Below are positions 18,235-28,500 of a DNA stretch of 33,878 nucleotides, in pieces. The notes beneath the pieces were generated by a model. It was not told the DNA's origin. It ran no database searches and saw only the letters and a list, made by a program, of their open reading frames with translations. Each line of letters begins with the position of its first letter. The stretch's first letter is position 1. Made by a program: the position numbers and the translations under genes. The DNA lies in IMG/VR virus record IMGVR_UViG_3300047669_001138, positions 1 through 33,878 of that record; one strand, written 5' to 3'. The DNA comes from a virus. Taxonomy: Duplodnaviria > Caudoviricetes.

Positions 18235-19590
18235 ATGGCGGCTATTATCCCTATAAAATATTATAACACATATATTCTAAAAAAAGTAACAGGTGGAGTA
18301 CTTTCTCCTTTACAAACTTATGATTGGTATGTAGAAGAAGCTAGAATAAGGGGTGGCTATAATAATGTGCAAACTGGATTATCTCCAAGAGCTTTTTTAA
18401 AATCAGACAATAACGCTACTGAAACATTAGCTAATTCTATTATGTATTCTGGTGTTGTTAATTCTAGAACTGGTATTAATCAAACTAATCAATTTCCATC
18501 AGGTGAAGACATAACTAGAACTGTAGATCCCTCTAAAGGATCTATACAAAAATTATATGCAGAAGATACTAACTTAATTATATTTCAAGAAAGAAAAGTT
18601 AATAAAGCTTTAATAGATAAAGATGCTATTTACACTCAAGAAGGTCAACCTGTTCAAACAGCTTCTAACGTAGTAATAGGTGCGATTGTTGCTTATGCGG
18701 GTGAATTTGGTATAAGTCAAAATCCAGAAAGTTTTGCTGTATATGGTTTTAGAAAATACTTTACAGATAGAGATAAAGGGTCAGTCATGAGGTTATCTCA
18801 AGATGGACTTAGTGAAATATCTAACTTTGGAATGTATGATTATTTTAGAGATGCATTTTTAACTTTAGGCAGTGATAAAGCTATAGGTGGTTGGGATATT
18901 CACAACAAATGCTATACTTTATCCTTACAACCAACCGCACCTAACACAACTCCAGTAACTTTAAGTTTTGATGAAAACGTTAAAGGTTGGACAAGTAGAT
19001 TTAGTTATTTACCAAATCAAATGTTTAGTGTGCAAAATGGTTTTTATTCTACCAAAAATGGTAATATATACTTGCATTATTCAGCAGATGTTAATAGAGC
19101 AAATTTCTATGGAGATTTAACAGAAGATCTTCCCGCGGGTATAGGTCAATTCGATTCAACTGTAAAAACAATATTCAATACAAACCCTTCTTTAGTTAAA
19201 GGTTTTCAAACAATAAATTATGAAGGTGGAAGTAATTGGCAGATGACAAATTTAGTAACTAACAGTGGTAGTTTAGATGTTCCTCCTTTAAAAGACCAAT
19301 ACACTGATTCAGATACTGCAAATCCAATAAATGTTTTTGAAATGCCAACAACATTAGCCGCACTAGAAAACAGCTTATTTAAAAATAAGTTTAAACAAAA
19401 AGAGGACAAATATTTTGCTAATCTTGTAAACACTTCTTCGTTTACACAAGGTGAAGTTGTTTACGGTAAATCTATATCAGGCGTAAAAGGATTCTTTGCT
19501 ACTGTAGATATGAAAGCAACTAACACAGCAACTTCAGGTACAAATGAATTGTTTTCTGTATCTTTAGATTATAACGAATCTTCGTATTAA
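18235..19590 (+). CDS. Tail stabilisation/muzzle protein, C-terminal part (separate gene)
   Basis: GSIQKLYAEDTNLIIFQERKV, GEFGISQNPESFA..GFRKYFTD, RLSQDGLSEIS and TLSFDENVKGWTSRFSY are beta-propeller-type motifs seen at the C-terminus of gp10-like/crAss muzzle proteins. Confidence 0.75.
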   Translation: MAAIIPIKYYNTYILKKVTGGVLSPLQTYDWYVEEARIRGGYNNVQTGLSPRAFLKSDNNATETLANSIMYSGVVNSRTGINQTNQFPSGEDITRTVDPSKGSIQKLYAEDTNLIIFQERKVNKALIDKDAIYTQEGQPVQTASNVVIGAIVAYAGEFGISQNPESFAVYGFRKYFTDRDKGSVMRLSQDGLSEISNFGMYDYFRDAFLTLGSDKAIGGWDIHNKCYTLSLQPTAPNTTPVTLSFDENVKGWTSRFSYLPNQMFSVQNGFYSTKNGNIYLHYSADVNRANFYGDLTEDLPAGIGQFDSTVKTIFNTNPSLVKGFQTINYEGGSNWQMTNLVTNSGSLDVPPLKDQYTDSDTANPINVFEMPTTLAALENSLFKNKFKQKEDKYFANLVNTSSFTQGEVVYGKSISGVKGFFATVDMKATNTATSGTNELFSVSLDYNESSY

Positions 19591-19600
19591 ATTAAATTAA

Positions 19601-20026
19601 ATGGAATTAAAAATAAGGAAACTAACTGAGTCCGATTGGGATTTATTGGTTAGTTGGTGGGAGATGTATCCTGAATGGAAACAAGGTCCTTCAAAAAAAA
19701 TGTTACCAGAAAATGGCACAGGAGGTTATATTGTAGAAAAAGGTGAAATACCTATAGTGGCTGGTTTTTTATATACCACTAATTCTAAAGTTGGTTGGAT
19801 GGAATGGGTTATATCTAATAAAAAATATAAAAACAAAGATAAAAAAGATGCGGTAGAATTATTAATAACAGGTATAGAGCATGTGGCTCGTAAAAGTGGC
19901 TGTGACATTATATTAAGCATCGGTAGAAATAAAAGTTTAATAAAATCCCATGAAAATTTAGGGTATACAGTGGATCCGGATCCGTCGTATGAATTATCAA
20001 AAAATATTGAAGTATGGCAGCAATAG
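19601..20026 (+). CDS. GNAT-fold protein (P22 gp14 / T7 gp13-like position)
   Basis: IRKLTESDW...IVAGFLY...EWVISNKKY...LLITGIEHVARKSG...N...SHENLGY fits GNAT topology. Lies between the tail and ejection genes. Confidence 0.65.
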   Translation: MELKIRKLTESDWDLLVSWWEMYPEWKQGPSKKMLPENGTGGYIVEKGEIPIVAGFLYTTNSKVGWMEWVISNKKYKNKDKKDAVELLITGIEHVARKSGCDIILSIGRNKSLIKSHENLGYTVDPDPSYELSKNIEVWQQ

Positions 20027-20769
20027 CATTAGGAGCAGGAGCATCTCTATTAAGTGGCGCAATAACATCTGCAGGCGCAAAAAAAGCAGCAAGGAAAGCT
20101 GGGGATGCGGCTAGAATAGCACAAGCAGAAGTAAATGCTATTAAAGCTAATAGAACTCCTATAACTAATCCTTATGCGAGCACTAAAGACTTGTCTGGTT
20201 TAGCATCTGATCTAAGTGGTATGATTAGTAATCCCTTTGCTAGTTTAGGTGTTGCAACACAAGCTGCGGAAATACAAGTGGAACAATCTAACTTAGCATT
20301 ATCTAATGCTTTAGAAACTTTAGCAACTACAGGTGCAAGTGCTGGTGGTGCAACTGCGTTAGCACAAGCCGCATTAGCTAGTAAAAAAGGTGTTAGTGCC
20401 AGTATAGAGCAACAAGAAGCAGCTAATCAAAAATTAAGAGCACAAGGTGAATCTCAACTAGAACAACTTAAAATGTCTGAAGCTCAAAGAATGCAAGGTA
20501 TAGAAATATCTGAAGGACAAAGAGTTCAGCAAGCTGAAGGCGCAGGTAATCAATTTATGATGCAAATGAAAGAGGCTAGATCAAATCAAGATTTAGGTTA
20601 TTCTGCTGGAAAAGAATCAATGGCTATGCAACAAGAAGCTGCGGCTAGACAAGCTTCAACTGCTGCTTGGGGTAGTGCAATTGGTGGGGCTATAGGTTTT
20701 GCAGGTCAAATAGGTGCCGCTAATATAGCTAGTGGAACAGGTGGAACTTTTTTTAAAGCAGCCAAATAA
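20014..20769 (+). CDS. Putative internal virion/ejection protein 1 (P22 gp7 / T7 gp14-like)
   Basis: Ala/Gly-rich hydrophobic termini (MAAIALGAGASLLSG...; WGSAIGGAIGFAGQIG) around a Gln/Ala coiled coil. Follows the GNAT gene. Confidence 0.7.
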   Translation: MAAIALGAGASLLSGAITSAGAKKAARKAGDAARIAQAEVNAIKANRTPITNPYASTKDLSGLASDLSGMISNPFASLGVATQAAEIQVEQSNLALSNALETLATTGASAGGATALAQAALASKKGVSASIEQQEAANQKLRAQGESQLEQLKMSEAQRMQGIEISEGQRVQQAEGAGNQFMMQMKEARSNQDLGYSAGKESMAMQQEAAARQASTAAWGSAIGGAIGFAGQIGAANIASGTGGTFFKAAK

Positions 20770-20779
20770 AATAAAAAAT

Positions 20780-22582
20780 ATGAGTGGATATAGTAATTTT
20801 GGAAAATCAACAGGGGTTAAAGAAGGCTCAGGATACGCCTTAGCTTCTCAGTATATAGCACAAGGTCTTGCTAGTGCTGGTAAAGCTATAGCCGGAGCTA
20901 GGATCCAGCGTCAAAAAGTACAAGTGGCAAAACAAGATAGATATGATTTAACTTGGGCTAGTATTTCAGAAAATGAAAACAATGCGGTTGGTGCAGCTAG
21001 GCAAAAACTTATTGAACTAAATGCAAGTACAGAAATAACCGATCTACTTCAGGGTGAACAAAAAGATTTAATGAATGGTATAGGTGAAATTGGAGATGCA
21101 AATTATACAATGGGATCTATAGAGGCTAAAACTTTAATAAGAACAGAAAGTGGTGCGTCAAAACAAGACAAGGAAAAATGGCAGGAGATAGTTAATAAAG
21201 CTGATAAAAATTTACAAGATACTTTAACATTTGGTGGAGTTCTTATGAATGAAAGAGAAGAGATTATGGCGTTAAAAGGAAGCGTTGGACCTGGAAAAGA
21301 AAAATCTTGGTTAGGCAATTCTTTTTTAGAAAAAATGTCTAGTAGTTTTACATCTTTTCGAATGAACAAACAAATTGTGCCTGGTGTAGACACTAAGGTA
21401 ACTAAAGATAAAAATAGTGGTGGGTTATTATTTACTCACACTGTAGATGCTAATAGCGGTTTATTAGCTGATATAAAAGAAGGCGGTGAAACTGCATGGG
21501 ACAAAGCTAATGTAAAAAAAATTGGTGATAAATATGTTATAACCCAGACGTTAGATAAGGATTTTAATGGGGATTTATTAAGAGACGTAGCACAAGCTGC
21601 TGATTACAAAGCGGAAGGTGTTAAAAGCGACATTGGTGTAGTTGATTCAAAAGAAGCAAGTGGCATTATACCATCTTTAACTATAAGATTAAATAACACT
21701 TCTACAGATATAATCGATGCAAATGGTAAAACTATAGATAGAGCCTTTGATACAAGAGTTGATTACATTGACATGCCTCAATTAGTATCTAAATATGATG
21801 GTTTTTTAACTAGAAAAGTAGAATCTATATATCAATTAGATACGCAAGCTAAATTAGATTATTTTGCTAACAGAAGAGACATATCTTTACCTGTAGATTT
21901 TACAACAAAAACACCAGACCAACAAAGATCGTATATTAGAGAAGAAGAAAAACGCGCTTTAATTAAAGAAATTAGTTCTGGTTGGGTTGAAAGAAAACTA
22001 ACGGATGCTGAATTAATTAATTTAGAAGCTGACGGTAGAGGAGTTCCTCAAAAATTTGTTACTGGATCTAACATCGAACTTACTGAAGAATATAAAGAGT
22101 TTAAAGATGGTAACCATTATTTCTCGGAAAAACAAGGGGCAGAGTATGACACGGGTGAAGGAACAGTTAAAGGCGCTGCAAAATGGGAACAAATGCAAAT
22201 AAATAATATATACAATCCTAAAAACAAAACAGAAACTCCAGTAATATATGCTAGAAAAGGTAACACATCTATGCCAACAAGAGGTATAGAATATTTTGCG
22301 GCACAACCCGCAACAGAAGGCAATGGCAAACCTGAATTTTTAGCAAATAAAGATAGAAACCCTGATTATAGACCTGGAACAGAAGCTAAACTAGCTGGAT
22401 GGTATCCTATAATACAAAAAAGTTTGTCAAACACTCAGAATTTAGGTGGAGGGTTCCAACAATCATCATCTGAAAAACGATTTGTGATAGATACAGCTGC
22501 TTTAAAAAAATTAGAAGGTGGAAATCCATTTCCAACCGCTAAATCAGCTAGGAATTTCTTAGATTATCCAACCAAAAGATAA
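20780..22582 (+). CDS. Putative internal virion/ejection protein 2
   Basis: The ORF track starts at 20732, but the in-frame ATG at 20780 follows the upstream stop and an A-rich leader and is the more likely start. Gly/Ala-rich N-terminus; located between ejection protein 1 and the giant protein. Confidence 0.68.
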   Translation: MSGYSNFGKSTGVKEGSGYALASQYIAQGLASAGKAIAGARIQRQKVQVAKQDRYDLTWASISENENNAVGAARQKLIELNASTEITDLLQGEQKDLMNGIGEIGDANYTMGSIEAKTLIRTESGASKQDKEKWQEIVNKADKNLQDTLTFGGVLMNEREEIMALKGSVGPGKEKSWLGNSFLEKMSSSFTSFRMNKQIVPGVDTKVTKDKNSGGLLFTHTVDANSGLLADIKEGGETAWDKANVKKIGDKYVITQTLDKDFNGDLLRDVAQAADYKAEGVKSDIGVVDSKEASGIIPSLTIRLNNTSTDIIDANGKTIDRAFDTRVDYIDMPQLVSKYDGFLTRKVESIYQLDTQAKLDYFANRRDISLPVDFTTKTPDQQRSYIREEEKRALIKEISSGWVERKLTDAELINLEADGRGVPQKFVTGSNIELTEEYKEFKDGNHYFSEKQGAEYDTGEGTVKGAAKWEQMQINNIYNPKNKTETPVIYARKGNTSMPTRGIEYFAAQPATEGNGKPEFLANKDRNPDYRPGTEAKLAGWYPIIQKSLSNTQNLGGGFQQSSSEKRFVIDTAALKKLEGGNPFPTAKSARNFLDYPTKR

Positions 22583-22599
22583 CAATCAAATAAAATAAT

Positions 22600-25500
22600 A
22601 TGCCATATTTAAACGAAGCAACAGGGGAAACTCTAACTTACGCTCAAATAGAAGAAAAAGCTTTATTAGAAGATACATCAGCCTTTGATTATATATCAAA
22701 ACATGATCTACAGATGGTTAGTAGTATGTCTTCTTTTGAAGAACCTCAAGATATAAATTTTCAAACGGGCATTGCAAATCAAGGTGCAAATGCAATGTCC
22801 ACAATACCGGGAGCACCCGAGATTACGGATTTAGATTTAACAACTTCTTCTTTGGAATCGTATACGGAGCGACAAACGGCTCTAGCAAACGCACCTGTAA
22901 CAAGTGCAATTGCAGATCGTGATAAATTTGTAAAAGACAATAAGCTAGACGAGTTTTTTAGTCTTAAAGGAGGAAAAATATCTGAATTAGACGAGCTTAA
23001 TAAAAAAATACAAGACAAAGAAAGAGAGTTAAGGAATGCTCCAGAAAACCAATTTGCTCCAGCTACATTTTTAGACGAAGAACCTAAGTTTATTCAAAAC
23101 TTTCTTCAACAAGAGTTTGGCACAACTGGCATTACTTTTAATTTAGACGAGTCTAATAATTTTATAACAGCTAATGTTGGCGGTGAAGAATTAAAACTAC
23201 CTTTAACTGGAGATAGAATTCTTGGTTCAGGTGGAACAGATGAAGATAGCACTCCGTTTGCTAATTATTTATATAAAAATTCAAGAAAAGAATTTAAAGA
23301 GAATTATGATAAAATCATAAAATATGATATAAGTAGAAGAGCTGCAGCACATGTAGAGAACTATAATGGTGTTATGATGGAAACCATCGAAAAAGACATT
23401 GTTTCTAATGCATTAAGTAATGCTCTTGAAAACGGTGATGTTAGTTTAACTGAGTTTAATAATACTTTCAATGAAACAGGTTTAGAATTAGTACCTGTAA
23501 CAGAAGTAGAAGAATACACAGAAGGTGGATTTGGAGCAAAAGTTAAAGAAAGAACAGTTTTAACAGGTTATAATTTAGTTAAAAAATCTTCAAATGAACA
23601 AGGAGAGGAAGTTCAAGACATAGTAGCCTTCCAAAAAATAAAAAAAGATGAATTTGTTGATGGCAACGATCTTCAAGCTTGGTTATCTAGCAATTTAGAC
23701 TCGGATCAAACTCTTAAAGTTAAAAAAAATATATTTAATTTTATATCCGCTTATACAACTGAAGAAGCTAAAATACAGACGCAAACAATACAATCTATTA
23801 ATCCTCAACAAATCGATGCTAAAGTATCTAAGGGAGAAGGAAATTGGATAGAGAAATTGACTGGAGATGATGGTTTGTTAAGTCGTCTTAATGTAGAAAC
23901 ACAATCAGAAGTTTTTAATAAACAAGAAAGAAATACAATTCAATTACATTTTGCTAATCAACTAAAGCTAGCAAATCCTCTTAGAGCATTTACTACTCCT
24001 TCTAAAAACTCTTCAACTGGATTTTTAACAGAAAAAATAGAATCAACTCAAACTCCATATGAAATTGCCACTAGTTTAGAAGGTCTTCCAGAAACTATAA
24101 AAAATAAATTAGAAGGAACTTATGAAGAGTTAGACAATAATAGTCCTTTGGATGTTATTCTTGAAAACTCTAAAAACATAGTTAAACAAGGTCTATTAAC
24201 TGAGAAAGAAAACAGTTTGATGGAAAATCTAATGGAAGCTAAAGAGATTCCTTTTACAGATTCAAATGGTAATGTTTCAATGATTCCATTTAATACTTTT
24301 ATGACAGGACTAGGCGCTTTGTTAAAAGGTAAAAAAGATGAGATCATTGATGATAATTTACAAGCTTTTAAAAATGGGTTTGAAGAAGTTGATGAAAAAT
24401 TAAAACAAACTGTTAATTTAGGAGCTGAGATAGTTGCTGAAACATTTAAAAGTAACCCTAATTTACCTGTTGACTTTAATGTTACAATAGGTGATAATCA
24501 AGAGCTTTTCTATTCTTTAAAGCCAACTAAAAAATTAACTGAAAAAGAACAAACTATTTATGATGAATTACAAGTTGATTTATTTAAATGGGAAACAACT
24601 GCTTTTAAATTAAATAAAGAAAGAAGTCAAGCTGTTTCTAATTATTTAAATACAATAATTTCTTTTAATAAAAATGTAAAAGAAAATAAAGAAGAAAAAG
24701 AAAGAAGTAAAGAAGGTCTTATAGAAAATTTGACACAATCTGTAAATCCTAAAACCAAAGAAAACTATACATTAAAAGAAGCTAAGGAGTTAGCTAATGA
24801 CATTAGGTTTAGAGATTCTTCAATGATCCTTAAGTTAGCTAATAAAGAGTATGACGCTGGAGCTTTAATGGTTAACGATTTTTACCAAGCTAGTAAAGGT
24901 ATATTGTTAGCAATACCAACTCTCTCAGGTAATGAATACGCTATAGATGAGCAAAGACAAATAAATAAAAACGCTGAATTATATCAAACTATGGGAACAT
25001 ACAATGATGGTTTAGGGAGTGGTTTTGAATTTGCTGGTAGAACTTTAGCTCAACAAATGCCTAATATTATTTTAGCGGTGGCTACTGGTGCAGCTGGTAA
25101 TGCTACAGGGTTTTTAAGCACGACAGCGGTTAAAGCTGCTGTAGCAACTACTTTTGGTACAACGGCAGGTGCAGATATATATAGAAATCTAACACTTGGC
25201 ACAGAGTTAGTTGCTAAAGCTAAAGATCAAGTTAAATTCTTAAAAGATGCTTATAGTAAGGGGCTAGTCAGTGCTCTTGAGTATACAGAAGGTATGGCAG
25301 ATGCTAATCAAACTATTGCCTACAATGATTTAACTCAAGCCCAAATTTTAGGAGCATCAGCTATGACTTTTGCTATTGAAGGTGGAATTACTTTTATGAT
25401 TGGTAGCGGTAATAACACTTTAAAGTTTTTAGACGATGTAGCTGGAAAGTCTACAGGTTCCTTAGCTGTAACTAATCTTGTAAAAAACAGTGCTTGGAAA

Positions 25501-28500
25501 AATGCAGGTTTGTTTGGAATAGATTATACAAAAAGACTTGCTTCTGAAGTAGTAGAAGAAGAATTAATATATGGAGGTACTCAACTTTTTAGTGAAACAT
25601 TAATATTAAACAGAAATTTTGATTTAAGTCAGTTAGATGATACAGCTATTACAACTATTATAACTGCAGGTACATCAAACAGTTCAGTTGCGTATTCCGC
25701 TTTGACTAATATTAGCATGTCAGAAGACATTAGAAAAGCAGCTGGGGAATTACACAATGGAAAAATAGTTAATGTTTTAAAATCTTTAAACTTAGCTAAA
25801 ACCGATAAAGATAGAGCTCCTTTTCTTTTAACATTAGCAGAACATAACATAGCTTTAAGTGATTTAAGTGGTGAAGCGGGAGTTGATGCAATGGCTTTAG
25901 GAGATAAAATGCAATCTTTATTAGCTTTAAAAATAATTAAAGATAATCTATATGCTCAAGCTGGGGTTAAAGGTGATGGTAAAAATGTTAACAGAGTTAT
26001 AGGTCAATATAAATCAAAACTAAATGCTAATCAAAAAAAGGCTTTTGAAGATGATTTAGCTGCTGTAGAAAGTGAAATAAATTCTATAAGAAACTCAGAA
26101 AAAAATTACCAAGGCGTTATAAACCAAATAAATGGAAAGTCTAAAAATTACAAACCTGAGTTCAAAGATGGGAAGCGCAAAAAATATAAAGGTATTTATG
26201 AGATAACTGCTGACCAATTAAAAGGGGATTCTAAATTTGACAAAGCTAGCGAAAGAGGTAAAATTGGATTAGTTTTAGAAAAAATAAGAAACAATATTAG
26301 TAATACGTATACTGCTAAAGCTGAGCAAAATAAGTTTTTTATTAATGAATGGAATAAAATAATTAAAGAAAACCCAAAACTAAAAAATAAAAAACAACAA
26401 TACTTTGAAAATGCAGGAAAGGAAATTGCTTTTAGAACTGTAAATTTAACTACTATTCTAAGTGAAACTGATAGTGCGAAAGAAATAGTTAAAAACTTTG
26501 ATGATTTAAAACTTGTAGAAGCTCCTGACGGAAACCTTCAAGAAGAGCTTAATAGAATGTTACAAGATAAAGAAATTACTGATGAAGATTATACAATTAT
26601 TAACAAGTCTTTAGAAGACCAAGTAGTAGATGGTAAAAAAGTAAAAGTAAACGGTTTTGTTACGCCAGATGGGAAATTTATTGTTAATAACGTTTCTAAA
26701 AAGTATTTTGAGGATACTGGTAATATTCAAGCTGGAACAGTTATGGTCCATGAAATCAATCATATTATTGATGACAAGTTTTTTGGTAATACTTTAGATA
26801 AAAGCGGTGATGCTGTCTTATCTAAAAGAGGGAAACAGTTTGTAGACAATCTTCATAAACACATGAGTGAAACAGAAGATATTACTTTAAAAATGATTCA
26901 AGTAAAAGCTTTGAGAGCTGTTAACATATATGGTAAAGAAAAATGGGATGATAACTCAGATAAATATAAAGATGAGTATGCTAGAGAAGTTCAAACTTTA
27001 CTTTTTGCAGAAGAATCAAGGTTTAAAGACGGTACTAATTATGAAAAACAAGAAAAATTTAATTTATTAAACAAAACATTAAATACTTTATTTGGTAAAG
27101 GAGAAAACATGAGTTCTCCTCAAAAAGCTTTTGACTATATTGTGGCAAACAATGCTGCTGCTCGTAAAGGTAAATTAAGAGAGATTGTACAAAGAGGTAT
27201 TGATAAGTTTGGTGGAGAATCTGGTGGAAAAAGATCAGTGAATCCACAGTCTGTTGTTGATAGAATAAACGAAAAAAATAAAAGTGTAGAAAACTTTACA
27301 CCTATCACGGAAAAGCAAGTTCAAACGATGGTTGATAAAGTAGCTAACAGAACCTGGAGTAGATTTGGTAGACCAATACCTGCAAATATAAGAGAAAAGT
27401 TTATTGGCAGCAAAGGTGATGAAAGTGGTAGAAAAAAATGGCTTGACGATGCTAAACAAATACTTAATACTATAGCGTTAGGTTTTGATGCTAGTAAAGC
27501 TTCTTTCGGTCAATATATGGCCAACACGGGTATGCAAAGAGCAAATGCTTGGGCTAAAAATGAATTTGGTATTCCAAGCGCAGAACAAGGTGCTAGAGTC
27601 AATGTAGAAACCTCTAAGGAAGCTCAAGGAACACTGGATAATACACAGGACTTTACAGAAAGACAAGCAAAAGAATCTAGCGAAACTTTACCTAGTTTAA
27701 AAAACACTATTAAATCTAAGAACAAAAAATCTTTACTTGATAACATTGAAAAGGGAGTTGAAAAAGAGGTTAAATACAAACAACCTGCTATGAATAAAGC
27801 TTCCACAATAAAATCAAAATCTGAATTAATAAGTAATTTAAGTAAGGGTTTACAAAATGTAACTATTGATGGTAAAAACTTATACGCTAAAGTAATAGAT
27901 GATATAGGTGGAAGAAATAAAACGATAAACGAATTTGAAACGTTTTTATCAGAAAATTATACATCTTTGTTACAATCTGGTGGATTAACTACAAGTTATT
28001 TAAGTAAAGCTTTTCCACAAGCTATTGAAAAATATATTGTTGGTGAAGGTTGGGTTAAATATCCTGGATGGAAAGGTAAAAAGAAAGGTAAAGCTAAAGG
28101 AGATGTAGATATATGGAGTTCTACAGAAAGTGGTCCATTTCAAGGATCAACCTCGGGTTTACAAAAAATAAGAAGAATTCCTAATATTAAAAATGCAATA
28201 CCTTTAGCTCAGTTTAAAGGTAAATATATAGATGGTATAAACAATAAAGTAAAAGTTGCACCAACAGAAGCTTTAGCTAAGCAGTTGGTTCAAGAAATAG
28301 GTTTAGATGTTTTTAATGAGGAAATTCAAAAAGAAACCAGTGTTATAAAAGAATTGTTTAAAGAAAGACAAGATCTTGTTGGAGCGCTAACAGATATAAG
28401 TAATTTTGAAGCTCAAATTAATTTAGATGTAGAAAGAAGAGGTATTAAAAATAGTCTAGCAACCTTAAGCCCACAACAATTTGAAAATTGGACAAATAAA

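Noticed and set aside
20732-20779. Longer N-terminus for ejection protein 2 as given by the ORF track
   Set aside because: The upstream GTG lies within the previous gene, and ATG 20780 has the typical A-rich leader.
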